Shown here: positions 23,050-34,756 of the stretch, piece by piece | Layout: the number at the start of each line of letters is the position of its first letter | Position numbering within the stretch: the stretch's first letter is position 1 | NCBI GenBank assembly: GCA_963738485.1 | Contig: CAVTWK010000005.1 | Location: 64,549 to 128,548, forward strand | Source: an uncultured Acidobacteriota bacterium | Lineage (GTDB): Bacteria; Acidobacteriota; Vicinamibacteria; Vicinamibacterales; SCN-69-37 | DNA: 64,000 nt | Reading direction: 5' to 3' | The notes under the pieces: generated by a model | Told to the model about the DNA's origin: nothing | What the model saw: only the letters and a program-made list of their open reading frames with translations | Database searches by the model: none | Translations under genes and position numbers: made by a program

Positions 23050-23611
23050 TCGCGAGGTGCTCGCCGGCGCGTTCGCGCGGACGACCGAACTGCACGCGCA
23101 GGTGGCGGCCAGCCAGGCAGAGACGATTCTCGCCGCGGCCGCCGCGTTGCGTGAGGCGCTCGGTGCGGGACGCACGGTGCTGGTGTTCGGCAACGGCGGC
23201 AGCGCCGCCGACGCGCAGCACCTGGCCACCGAGCTGGTCGGGCGGTTCCTTCGGGAGCGTCGGGGACTGCCGGCGATCTCCCTGACGGCTGACAGCGCCG
23301 TGCTGACCAGCGTCGCCAACGACTACGGCTACGCCGCGGTCTTCGCCCGGCAGGTCGAGGCGCTCGGACGACCGGGCGACGTCGCCGTGGCGATGACGAC
23401 GAGCGGCGCGTCGGCGAATGTGAACGCGGGATTGCGCAAGGCCCGGGAGATGGGTTTGCGCACCGTGGGATTGACCGGTCGCGACGGCGGAGAGACGGGA
23501 CGACTCGTGGACGTGCACGTGAACGTGCCCGACGCCAGTTCCCCGCGCGTGCAGGAAGTGCATCGCACGATCCTGCATGTGATGTGCGAGCTGGTCGAAG
23601 CAGGTTTCTGA
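23021..23611 (+). CDS. gmhA: SIS-domain D-sedoheptulose-7-phosphate isomerase (GmhA-like), inserted between nuoC and nuoD
   Basis: 'VLVFGNGGSAADAQHLATELVGRF...LPAISLTADSAVLTSVANDYGY..VFARQVEALGRPGDVAVAMTTSG.S.NV' is close to the GmhA consensus. The likely start is GTG 23042, overlapping the nuoC stop. Confidence 0.8.
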   Translation: MGRRPRRVTDREVLAGAFARTTELHAQVAASQAETILAAAAALREALGAGRTVLVFGNGGSAADAQHLATELVGRFLRERRGLPAISLTADSAVLTSVANDYGYAAVFARQVEALGRPGDVAVAMTTSGASANVNAGLRKAREMGLRTVGLTGRDGGETGRLVDVHVNVPDASSPRVQEVHRTILHVMCELVEAGF

Positions 23612-23623
23612 GAGCCAGGATTC

Positions 23624-24811
23624 ATGCCAGAGATTCGCACCGAAACGATGACCGTCAACATGGGGCCGCAGCACCCCAGCACGCACGGCGTGCTGTCGCT
23701 GGTGCTCGAACTCGACGGCGAGACCCTGGTCTCGATCAAGCCGACGATCGGGTTCCTCCACACCGGCATCGAGAAGACGGCCGAACAGAAGAAGTGGCAG
23801 CAGGTCATCCCGCTCGTCGAGCGCATGGACTACCTGGGCCCCCAGTCCAACAGCCTGGCGTTCTGCCTCTCGGTGGAGCGTCTGATCGGCCTCGAAGCGA
23901 TCATGCCGGATCGGGTCATCTGGATCCGCGTGCTCATCGCCGAGCTGCAGCGCCTGAGCAGCCACCTGGTGTGGCTGGGCACGCACGGCATGGAGATCGG
24001 CGCGATCTCCGTGATGATGTACTGCTTCCGCGAGCGCGAGCAGCTCCTCAATCTGAACGAGATGCTGGCCGGGTTCCGCATGTTCCCGAGCTACCTGCGG
24101 ATCGGCGGCCTGCGCGAGGACCTGCCGCGCGGCTTCCACGCGGCGGTCAAGGAGTTCCTCGACAAGTTCCCGGGCAAGCTCGACGAGTACGAGAAGCTGC
24201 TCACCAAGAACCAGGTGTGGACCAAGCGCACCAAGGGCGTCGGCAAGCTCTCGGCCGAGGACACATTGGGCATGAGCCTGGTCGGGCCGATCGCGCGAGC
24301 GGTCGGCATGCCGTACGACGTGCGCAAGATGTTCCCGTATCTGAAGTACGACACGTTCGAGTTCAAGGTGCCGATGGCCACCGAAGGCGACGTCTTCGCG
24401 CGCTACACGGTCAAGGTGGCCGAGATGCGGGAGAGCGTGAAGATCTGCCAGCAGGCCCTCTCGCGGATCTCGCCGAGCGGCGTGTACGACTGCGCCGACT
24501 ACCGCTACGTGCCGCCGCCGAAGGATCGCGTCTACACGGAGATGGAGGCGCTGATTCAGCACTTCCTCCTGTACTCGCAGGGCTTCAACGTGCCGAAGGG
24601 CGAGAGCTACGTGCCGGTCGAGGGGCCGCGCGGCGAACATGGCTTCTACATCGTGTCGGACGGCGCCAATCGCCCGATCCGCGTCAAGGCGCGCGCGCCG
24701 TCGTTCTTCGCCTGCCAGGCGCTCCCGAAGATGGTGGTCGGCGGCCTGGTCGCCGACCTGATCGCCGTCATCGGTTCGACGGACGTCGTCATGGGAGACG
24801 TCGATCGATGA
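23624..24811 (+). CDS. nuoD: NADH-quinone oxidoreductase subunit D
   Basis: 'MTVNMGPQHPSTHGVL...IGFLHTGIEK...RAPSF' is a canonical NuoD; 395 aa. Confidence 0.95.
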   Translation: MPEIRTETMTVNMGPQHPSTHGVLSLVLELDGETLVSIKPTIGFLHTGIEKTAEQKKWQQVIPLVERMDYLGPQSNSLAFCLSVERLIGLEAIMPDRVIWIRVLIAELQRLSSHLVWLGTHGMEIGAISVMMYCFREREQLLNLNEMLAGFRMFPSYLRIGGLREDLPRGFHAAVKEFLDKFPGKLDEYEKLLTKNQVWTKRTKGVGKLSAEDTLGMSLVGPIARAVGMPYDVRKMFPYLKYDTFEFKVPMATEGDVFARYTVKVAEMRESVKICQQALSRISPSGVYDCADYRYVPPPKDRVYTEMEALIQHFLLYSQGFNVPKGESYVPVEGPRGEHGFYIVSDGANRPIRVKARAPSFFACQALPKMVVGGLVADLIAVIGSTDVVMGDVDR

Positions 24812-24899
24812 CGCCGCGAGGCCCTGAGCGTAGCGAAGGCGCTGAGCGCCGTCAGCGCTGGGGGTGGGCCCCCAGCGCATTGGAAGGAAGCGGACGCGA

Positions 24900-25503
24900 A
24901 TGAGTTTTCATCCGGCGATGGACTACGGCCGCGGCCGGCATCAGTCGGCAGCGGCAGCTGCCCGACGAAGGGCCGGCGTTCGTCTACACGGCCGAGCGTC
25001 GCGCGAAGCTGGAGGAGATCTGCGCGCGGTATCCGCCCGAGCAGCGCAAGTCGGCGATCCTGGCGGCGCTCTACCTCGCGCAGCACCAGCAGGGCTACCT
25101 CACCCGCAACGCGATGCGCCACGTGGCCGAGGCCATCGGCTGCACGCCGGCCGACGTCGAGGACGTCGTGACGTACTACACGATGTTCTACACGCGCCCG
25201 GTGGGGCAGCACGTGCTGCTGGTGTGCCGGACGCTGTCGTGCGCGCTGATGGGCGCCGAGCGGGTGACCGAGGAGCTGTCGAAGACGCTCGGCATCGCGC
25301 CGGGCGAGACCGACGCGGCCGGCGAGTTCACGCTGCTCGAGGTCGAGTGCCTGGGCGCCTGCGACCGCGCGCCGGTGGTCGGCGTCAACGACCACTGGCA
25401 CGAGTGCCAGAAGCCCGAGGACGTGCACGCGCTCGTCGAGGGCCTGCGCACGAACGGCCCGAGCGTGCTCACAGGCTGCCACCTCAACCGGGAGCGCGGC
25501 TAG
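24900..25503 (+). CDS. nuoE: NADH-quinone oxidoreductase subunit E (N-terminus uncertain; probable 1-nt frame problem between ~24920 and 24960)
   Basis: '[20 protein letters not shown]...[12 protein letters not shown]...[13 protein letters not shown]' includes the 2Fe-2S ligands. The NuoE frame is open from 24904 but has no start codon. The nearest ATGs (24900, 24918) are in the -1 frame. Confidence 0.8.
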
Positions 25504-25521
25504 GCCGCCGGCCTGCGCCTT

Positions 25522-25587
25522 CACATCACATCACCACATCTCACATCACCACATCACCACATCACCACATCACCACATCACCACATT
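25522..25587. repeat. Tandem 8-nt repeat (CATCACCA, ~8 units, 5 perfect) in the nuoE-nuoF spacer
   Basis: tcacatca catcacca catctca (catcacca)x5 catt, read directly from the sequence. It ends 4 nt before the nuoF ATG (25591). Confidence 0.95.
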
Positions 25588-25590
25588 CCC

Positions 25591-26902
25591 ATGGATCCAC
25601 TGCTCACCAAGCACATCCGCGAGCCGAACAGCTTCACGCTGGATCATACGTCCAGCACGGCGGAGGCTACGGCGCGCTGAAGAAGGCGCTGGGCATGACG
25701 CCCGACGCGGTCATCGACGCCGTCAAGGCGTCGGGGCTGCGCGGCCGCGGGGGCGCCGGCTTCCCGACCGGGATGAAGTGGCAGTTCGTGGACAAGAAGT
25801 CGCCGAAGCCCAAGTACATCTGCTGCAACGCGGACGAGAGCGAACCGGGCACGTTCAAGGACCACGTGCTGATGGAGCGCAACCCGCACCTGCTGTTCGA
25901 GGGCTGCCTCATCGGCTGCTACGCGATCGGCGCGAAGGTGGCCTACATCTACATCCGCGGCGAGTTCTACCACGTGCAGGAGAGTCCTCGAGGCCGAGAT
26001 CGAGAAGGCGCGCGCGGCCGGCTTCATCGGCAAGAACATCTTCGGCAGCGGCTTCGACTGCGAGATCTACGTGCACCGCGGCGCCGGCGCGTACGAGGCC
26101 GGCGAGGAGACGGCGCTCATCGAGTCGCTCGAGGGCAAGCGCGCGCAGCCGCGCATCAAGCCGCCGTTTCCGGCGGTCGCGGGGCTCTACCAGTGCCCGA
26201 CCGCCGTCAACAACGTCGAGACGCTCTGCAACGTGCCGCTCATCATCGACCACGGCGCCGAGTGGTTCGCGAAGATCGGGCCCGAGAAGAACGGCGGGCC
26301 GAAGCTCTACTGCATCAGCGGCCACGTGCGGAAGCCGGGGGTCTACGAGGCGTCCGATGCACACGACGCTGCGCGAGCTGGTCTACGACGACCGGTTCGG
26401 CGGCGGCATCCGCGACGGCCACGCGCTCAAGTGCGTCATCCCCGGCGGGTCGTCGGTGCCCGTGCTGCTGCCCGACCAGCTCGACATCCCGGCGAGCTTC
26501 GACGGCGTCGCCGCGGCCGGGTCGCTGCTCGGGTCGGCCGGCATCATCGTCATGGACGAGACGACGTGCATGGTGTGGGCGGCGGAGAACCTGCTGCACT
26601 TCTACCGCCACGAGTCGTGCGGCAAGTGCACGCCGTGCCGCGAGGGCGGCGACTGGCTGCACCGGATCCTCGGCAAGATCGAGCGCGGCGACGGCCAGAT
26701 GCGCGACCTCGACCTGCTGCTGTCGATCAGCAACAACATCATGGGCAAGACGCTGTGCGCCTTTGGCGACGCGGCGGCCACGCCCGTGCTGTCCACCGTC
26801 AAGACGTTCCGTGCCGAATACGAGGCGCACATCCGCGAGGGTCGCTGCACGCTGCCGGCTCCGTGGCGCGCCTCGTCGCGCACCCATGCGGGGGCCCACT
26901 AG
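25591..26902 (+). pseudogene. nuoF: NADH-quinone oxidoreductase subunit F, frame broken three times (~25645, ~25980, ~26352)
   Basis: The protein is split across four frame segments. Segment 1: '[18 protein letters not shown]'. Segment 2: '[13 protein letters not shown]...[17 protein letters not shown]...[10 protein letters not shown]'. Segment 3: 'VLEAEIEKA...[32 protein letters not shown]...VYEA'. Segment 4: 'MHTTLRELV...[12 protein letters not shown]...'. Confidence 0.9.
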
Positions 26903-27979
26903 ATGCTCGCGCCGTTTGCCCAGTGGCTGACCACCTGGGGCGTCACGCCGGACATCCTGCGCCTCGTCGTGCAGGTCAGTCTGATCGGCGTCGTCTTCCT
27001 CGCGCTGCAGATCTCGGCCGCCGTCCTGGTCTACATGGAGCGCAAGGTCGCGGCCCTCGTGCAGCAGCGCTACGGGCCGTACCTGGTCGGGCCGAGCGGG
27101 CTGCTCCAGCCGCTGGCGGACATCCTCAAGCTGATCATGAAGGAGGAACTGCGGCCGAAGGCGGCCGACACGTTCCTCTTCTATCTGGCGCCGGTCCTGT
27201 CGGCGACGGCCGCGTTCGCGGCCTTCGCGGTCGTGCCCTTCGGCGCCGACACGACCTTCTTCGGCCTGCTCGATCGGCCGATCCACCTGGCCGCCGCCGA
27301 CGTGAACGTCGGGCTGCTCGTCATCTTCGCGATCACCTCGATGGGCGTCTACGGCATCGTGCTCGCCGGCTGGGCCTCGAACAGCAAGTACGCGCTGCTC
27401 GGCGGGCTGCGGTCGTCGGCGCAGATGATCAGCTACGAGATCTCCTACGGCCTCTCGTTCGCGGCGGTCATCATGCTGGCCGGCACGCTCTCGTTGCGCG
27501 GCATCGTCGATGCGCAGTCCGGCTACTGGTTCGGGTTCATCCCGCAGTGGTACATCTTCCTGCAGCCGGTGGGCTTCCTCGTCTTCCTGATCGCCGGCAT
27601 CGCCGAGACCAATCGCGCGCCCTTCGACTTCCCTGAAGCCGAGCAGGAACTGGTGGCCGGGTACCACACCGAGTACAGCTCGATGAGCTTCGCGCTGTTC
27701 TTCCTGGCGGAGTACGTGAACATGGTCACCGTCTCGGCCGTGGCCACGGACCTCTTCCTCGGCGGCTGGCATGGGCCGTTCCCGCTGCCGGCCGGGTTCG
27801 GGTGGATCTGGTTCTTCGTCAAGCTCTTCGCGCTGCTCTTCTTCTATATCTGGATGCGGTGGACCTTGCCGCGGTATCGGTACGACCAGCTGATGGAATT
27901 CGGCTGGAAGTGGCTGCTGCCCGTCGCGGTCATCAACCTGCTCGTCACGGCCGGTGTGGTCGTGTACTGGGGCTGGTAG
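26903..27979 (+). CDS. nuoH: NADH-quinone oxidoreductase subunit H
   Basis: '[14 protein letters not shown]...[24 protein letters not shown]...[25 protein letters not shown]'. The start directly abuts the nuoF stop. Confidence 0.95.
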   Translation: MLAPFAQWLTTWGVTPDILRLVVQVSLIGVVFLALQISAAVLVYMERKVAALVQQRYGPYLVGPSGLLQPLADILKLIMKEELRPKAADTFLFYLAPVLSATAAFAAFAVVPFGADTTFFGLLDRPIHLAAADVNVGLLVIFAITSMGVYGIVLAGWASNSKYALLGGLRSSAQMISYEISYGLSFAAVIMLAGTLSLRGIVDAQSGYWFGFIPQWYIFLQPVGFLVFLIAGIAETNRAPFDFPEAEQELVAGYHTEYSSMSFALFFLAEYVNMVTVSAVATDLFLGGWHGPFPLPAGFGWIWFFVKLFALLFFYIWMRWTLPRYRYDQLMEFGWKWLLPVAVINLLVTAGVVVYWGW

Positions 27980-27993
27980 GCGGACGGACTGAC

Positions 27994-28510
27994 ATGGACG
28001 CCCTCATCTTCTGGCTCCTCGCGGCGCTGATGGTCGCCGCCTCGCTGTTCGTCGTGTTCCAGCGGAACCCGATGTACAGCGTGCTCTCGCTCATCGTGTC
28101 GTTCATGGCCCTCTCGGCCATGTACGTGCATGCTCGGAGCGCCGTTCGTCGCGGCGATTCAGATCATCATCTACGCCGGCGCCATCATGGTGCTCTTCCT
28201 GTTCGTCGTCATGCTGCTCAACGTGCCGACGGAGGACCCGCCGACCGGCTATCACGCGCGGCTCCTCGGCGGCGCCGGGCCGCGCCGGTTCGGCGCGGTG
28301 CTGTCCGGGCTCCTGGCGCTCGAGCTGTTCTGGGCGGTCAGTCAGCTCGACGGCGCCCGGATGCCGGTGATGAACACGCCTGGCTCCTCGGTGCACGACA
28401 TCGGCGTGCGGCTTTTCCGTGACTACGCGTTCGCCTTCGAAGCGACCTCGGTGCTGATCCTGGTCGCCATGGTCGGCGCCATCGTGCTCGCGAGGAAGGA
28501 ACAGTCGTAA
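27994..28510 (+). pseudogene. nuoJ: NADH-quinone oxidoreductase subunit J, one frame break (~28122-28133)
   Basis: 'MDALIFWLLAALMVAASLFVVFQRNPMYSVLSLIVSFMALSAMYV' continues in another frame as 'LGAPFVAAIQIIIYAGAIMVLFLFVVMLL...'. Confidence 0.85.
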
Positions 28511-28515
28511 CGCTG

Positions 28516-28827
28516 ATGCTGCCCGAACCCACGCTCAACTCGTATCTGCTGCTCTCGGCCGTGCTCTTCGCGATCGGGACGGCGGGCGTGTTCCTCCGGC
28601 GCAACCTGATCACGATCCTGCTCTCGGTCGAGATGATGCTCAATGCGGTCAACCTGACGTTCATCGCCGTGGACCGGTTCCTCGGCACCGTTGACGGCCA
28701 GATCATCGTCTTCTTCGTCATGACGGTGGCCGCGGCCGAGGCGGCCGTCGGGCTGGCGATCATCATCGCGCTCTTCCGGCACAAGGAATCGCTGAATCCG
28801 GACGTCTTCACGACGCTGAAGTGGTGA
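28516..28827 (+). CDS. nuoK: NADH-quinone oxidoreductase subunit K
   Basis: 'LLLSAVLFAIGTAGVFLRRNLITILLSVEMMLNAVNL...AAAEAAVGLAIIIALFR'. Confidence 0.95.
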   Translation: MLPEPTLNSYLLLSAVLFAIGTAGVFLRRNLITILLSVEMMLNAVNLTFIAVDRFLGTVDGQIIVFFVMTVAAAEAAVGLAIIIALFRHKESLNPDVFTTLKW

Positions 28828-28831
28828 CCGC

Positions 28832-30863
<2,032 letters not shown>

Positions 30864-30867
<4 letters not shown>

Positions 30868-32507
30868 ACATGCCCCTCCTGACCCTGCTCATCGTGCTGC
30901 CGGTCGTCGGCGCCCTCCTGGTGCTGCTGCTCGGTCGCGGCCGCGATGGCCTTTCGCGCCAGCTCGGACTGGGCGTGTCGCTGGTCACCTTCGCGGCGAG
31001 CCTCCTGCTCTGGTGGCAATTCGACCCGGCGTCTGCGGAGTACCAGTTCGTCGAGCGGCTGTCGTGGCTGCCGGACTTCGGGGTCTCCTACCACCTTGGG
31101 GTGGACGGCATCAGCCTGCTGCTGGTCGTGCTCACGACGTTCCTGACCCCCATCGCGCTCCTTTGTTCGTGGGAGTCGATCGACGACCGCGTGCGCGAGT
31201 TCACGTTCTTCATGCTCTTCCTCGAAGCGGCCATGATCGGCGTGTTCGTCTCGCTCGACCTGTTCCTGTTCTACATCTTCTGGGACGCGATGCTGATTCC
31301 GATGTATTTCCTCATCGGGATCTGGGGCTACGAGCGCCGCATCTACGCCGCCATCAAGTTCATGCTCTACACGATGGCGGGCAGCGTGCTGATGCTCATC
31401 GCCATCATCTGGATCGCCTACTACCACCAGTCGGTCACCGGGGTGCCGAGCTTCGACCTGCTCGACCTGCTGGCGCTGTCGATTCCGGCCGGCGTCCAGA
31501 CGTGGCTGTTCCTGGCGTTCGCCGTGGCCTTCGCGATCAAGGTCCCGCTCTTCCCGTTCCACACGTGGCTGCCGGATGCCCACGTCCAGGCCCCGACGGC
31601 CGGGTCGGTCATCCTCGCCGGCGTACTGCTGAAGATGGGCACCTACGGGCTGCTGCGCTTCGCCTTCCCGCTCTTCCCGGCCGCCGCGCTCGAGTTCGCG
31701 CCGTGGATCGCGCTGCTCGCGGTCATCGGCGTCGTCTACGGCGCGCTGGTGGCGATGGTCCAGCCGGACATGAAGAAGCTGGTGGCCTACTCCTCGGTCA
31801 GCCACCTCGGCATCGTCGTCCTCGGCATCTGCGCGCTGAACATCAACGGCGTGCAGGGCGCCGTCTACCAGATGCTGGCGCACGGCATTTCGACCGGCGG
31901 CCTGTTCCTGGTGGTCGGCATGCTGTCCGATCGACGGCACACCAAGCTCATCGCGGAGTACGGCGGGCTCAAGGCGGTCACGCCGAAGCTCGTCGGCGTG
32001 TTCCTGCTCATCACGCTGGCGTCCGTCGCGCTGCCGGGCACCAACGGGTTCGTCGGCGAGTTCCTGATTCTCGTCGGCGCCTTCGACGGCGTGTTCGCGA
32101 ATCACCGGCTCTACACGTCGATCGCCGCCACCGGCGTGATCCTCTCGGCGGTCTACATGCTGTGGATGTTCCAGCGCGTCAACTACGGCCCGATCACCAA
32201 CGACAAGAACCGCGGCCTGCGCGACCTCAGCCCGCGCGAGTGGGTGGTCATCGCGCCGATCTGCGCCATGGCGGTCTTCATGGGCGTCATGCCCGGCATC
32301 TTCCTGAAGCCGATGGAGCCAGCGGTGAAGAAGACCGTCGAGCGCATCGTCGGCACGAACCGGCCGCTCAATGCCGCGGTGCCCATCCCGCCCGGGACCG
32401 TCGCCCGCGGTGACGTCACCGCGCTGGAGGCCGGCAGCGCGGCCGCCGGGACGTCCGCCATCCCGTCTGCGCCCGTCGGTGCGGCGAACCCAGGGAGCGG
32501 TCGCTAA
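30864..32507 (+). CDS. nuoM: NADH-quinone oxidoreductase subunit M
   Basis: 'HLGVDGISLLLVVLT...FFMLFLEAAMIGVF...PFHTWLPDAHVQAPTAGSVILAGVLLKMG...KKLVAYSSVSHLG'. ATGA overlap with nuoL. Confidence 0.95.
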
Positions 32508-33944
32508 TGTTGAACGACATCATTCCAATCATCCCGGTCCTGATGGTCGTGCTGTCGGCCTGCGCCGTGCTGCTGGCCGAGGCTTTCCGCCGCGAGCACG
32601 ACTGGATGCCCGTGGGGCTGCTCGGCCTGGTGGGCGTCCTCGGGGGCATCGCCTCGTCCGTGCCACTCTGGAACCGCAACGCGGTGGCGTTCGGCGTCAT
32701 CACCGTGGACAACTTCACGGTCTTCTTCAACATCCTGCTCTGCGGGATCGGCCTGCTGACGATCCTGATCTCGTCCGGCACGGCCGAGCGCGACAAGCTG
32801 CCGACGGGGGAGTACTACGCGCTGATGCTCTTCTCGCTGGCCGGCATGATGCTGATGGGCGCGACGAAGGACCTGCTGGTCATCTTCATCGCGCTCGAGA
32901 TCATGTCGCTTGGGGTGTACGTGCTGACGGCCATCAAGCGCACGAGCGAGGCAGGCGCGGAAGCCGGCTTCAAGTACCTTCGTGCTCGGTGCGTTCTCGA
33001 GCGCGTTCTTTCTCTACGGCATCGCCATGACCTACGCGGCGACCGGCACGACCAAGCTCGACGAAGTGGGCATGCGTGTCGCCAGCACCGCCCAGGACCC
33101 GAGCGTGCTGCTCGTCCTCGCGATGGTCCTGCTGCTCGTCGGCTTCGCCTTCAAGATCTCCGCCGTGCCGTTCCACATGTGGACGCCAGACGCCTATCAG
33201 GGCGCGCCGACGCTGGTGACCGGCTTCATGTCCACGGGCGTCAAGGCGGCGGCGTTCGCCGCGTTCATCCGGGTCTTCCTGTCCGCGCTCGAGCCGCTGC
33301 GCCTCGACTGGCTGCCGGTCGTCTCGGCGCTCGCTGGCCTCACGATGATTCTCGGCACCGTCGTCGGCGTGGCGCAGACCAGTGTCAAGCGCATGCTCGC
33401 GTACTCGAGCATCGCGCACGCCGGCTACCTGCTCGTCGGCCTGGTGGCCGCCAGCAGCGCGGGCAAATCCGCGATTCTCTTCTACCTGGTGGCTTACGCG
33501 GTCACCAATCTCGGCGCCTTCGGCGTCCTCGCCGCGCTGTCCACCGCGGATCGGCCGCACGATGACGTGCGCGACTTCGCCGGCCTGTGGAAGGAACGCC
33601 CCGGCATGGCCGGGCTCCTGACGGTGTTCCTGCTCTCGCTGGGCGGCTTCCCGCCGACCGTGGGCTTCGTGGCGAAGTGGTACATCTTCAACGCGGCCGT
33701 GCAGGAGAACCTGATCGCGCTGGCCATCCTCGGCGTGCTGACGAGCGTGGTCTCGGTCTTCTTCTATCTGCGCATCGTCGTGCAGATGTACATGACGGAC
33801 GAACACGCCCCGGGGCATCGCCCGACCGTTCCGGCGCTCGCGCTCACCGGCATCGTGCTCGCCCTCGTCGCGGTCTTCTACCTCGGCGTGCTGCCGGGAC
33901 GACTCATCTCCATCTCCGCAGCGGCAGTCGCGGCGATCTTCTGA
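32507..33944 (+). pseudogene. nuoN: NADH-quinone oxidoreductase subunit N, one frame break (~32972-32982)
   Basis: '...LEIMSLGVYVLTAIKRTSEAGAEAGFKY' continues in the 32982 frame as 'VLGAFSSAFFLYGIAMTY...PFHMWTPDAYQGAPT...'. Confidence 0.9.
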
Positions 33945-34230
33945 ACTGACGCAGGAGTCCCGGCGCTGACGCAGGGACTGACGAAGAAGTCCCGGCGCTG
34001 ACGCTCAAGTCCCGGCGGACAAGCACTCAGGTCCCGGGGGCTTCGCCGAAGTCCTGGGGACTGACGGCGAGCCTGAACTGACGCTCGAGTCCCGGTGGAC
34101 AGGCACTCAAGTCCTGCGGAGCTTCGCTGAAGTCCTGGGCTGACGCAGGGACTGACGAAGAAGTTCCGGCACTGACGTCCAAGTCCCGGCGGACAAGCAC
34201 TCAGGTCCCGGAGCTTCGCAGAAGTCCTGA
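33945..34230. repeat. Array of ~12 short words (AGTCCYGG cores, ~19-23-nt spacing) organised as 3 copies of a 62-nt block and 2 copies of a ~92-nt block
   Basis: 33966-34059 and 34140-34230 are ~90% identical direct repeats. The 62-nt body 'ctgacgctcaagtcccggcggacaagcactcaggtcccgg..gcttcgc.gaagtcctgg' also occurs at 34076-34139. Confidence 0.85.
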
Positions 34231-34679
34231 CGCCCATCGGGTCACTCCTACGCGACCCGCCCGACGACCCCACCCGCGCCGGCCGGCGGTCCCGTGCTCC
34301 GCGGCCTCCGCGTCTTCGCCTGATCGTCGTTGTCCCTCTCCGCAGCCTTCGCGTCCCCGGGATGATCGTCCGTCGCGTGCGGGGTCGTCCGGCGGGTCGC
34401 CGGGAGCTGACCCTCGACCGCCGCGCCTCCGTCCGCTCGCGGTTCACCCTGGCGCCCATCGCCCGAGGCCTACGCGGCTTCGAAACCAAACATGCCTACG
34501 GCCTCGGGCTCGAACCGCTCGCTCCCTGCGGCGCGCGGTCACCCTGACGCTCATCGGGTCACTCCCACGCGACCCGCCCGACGACCCCACCCGCGCCGGT
34601 CGGCGGTCCCGTGCTCCGCGGCCTCCGCGGCCTCCGCGTCTCCGCCTGATCGTCGTTGTCCCTCTCCGCGGCCTCCGCG
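34231..34679. repeat. Pair of ~123/132-nt direct repeats (34231-34353 and 34548-34679) separated by ~190 nt
   Basis: Both copies read 'cgc.catcgggtcactcc.acgcgacccgcccgacgaccccacccgcgccgg.cggcggtcccgtgctccgcggcctccgcg...tgatcgtcgttgtccctctccgc'. Identity is >90%, with a 9-nt cctccgcgg duplication in copy 2. Confidence 0.85.
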
Positions 34680-34726
34680 CCCTCCGCGTGACCGCGTGAC
34701 CGCGCTTGCGTTTCACGGAAAGTACT

Positions 34727-34756
34727 GTTACGTTCTGTCACATGACAGTCCGTAAC
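34727..34756. promoter_or_regulatory. Candidate BlaI-family operator: 14-nt inverted arms (2 mismatches) centred on the repressor gene's start codon
   Basis: GTTACGttCTGTCA-ca-TGACAGtcCGTAAC overlaps ATG 34742. Confidence 0.45.

Noticed and set aside
22862-24880. Very long ORFs on the strand opposite to, or out of frame with, clearly conserved genes. Examples are 22862..24880 -, 42833..45151 +, 10185..12065 -, 16714..18237 +, 719..1822 -, 1581..2723 -, 55271..56614 - and 58247..59869 -.
   Set aside because: High-GC DNA has few stop codons in non-coding frames. The products are Arg/Pro/Gly/Ala-rich low-complexity strings with no motifs. They overlap genes whose translations match well-known families.
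24864-26930. A single 688-aa ORF spanning nuoE-nuoF, including a '[10 protein letters not shown]' repeat peptide.
   Set aside because: It is a chimera. Only its middle part is the true nuoF frame. The first third is out of frame with nuoE, and the HITTS stretch is just the translated CATCACCA 8-nt repeat. That period is not a multiple of 3, and the repeat lies between the nuoE stop and the nuoF start.
26895-28000. Hidden nuoG or nuoI genes or fragments at the nuoF/nuoH and nuoH/nuoJ junctions.
   Set aside because: The junctions are 0 nt and 15 nt long, and no alternative-frame ORF with Fe-S cysteine motifs overlaps them. The genes are genuinely absent from this locus.
34362-34547. A small ORF (61 aa) and the minus-strand ORF 33878..34489 inside the repeat-rich spacer upstream of the BlaI-family gene.
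   Set aside because: Both are composed of translated repeat words, with an Arg/Pro/Ser-rich low-complexity product and no start context or motif. The periodicity follows the DNA repeats, not codons.
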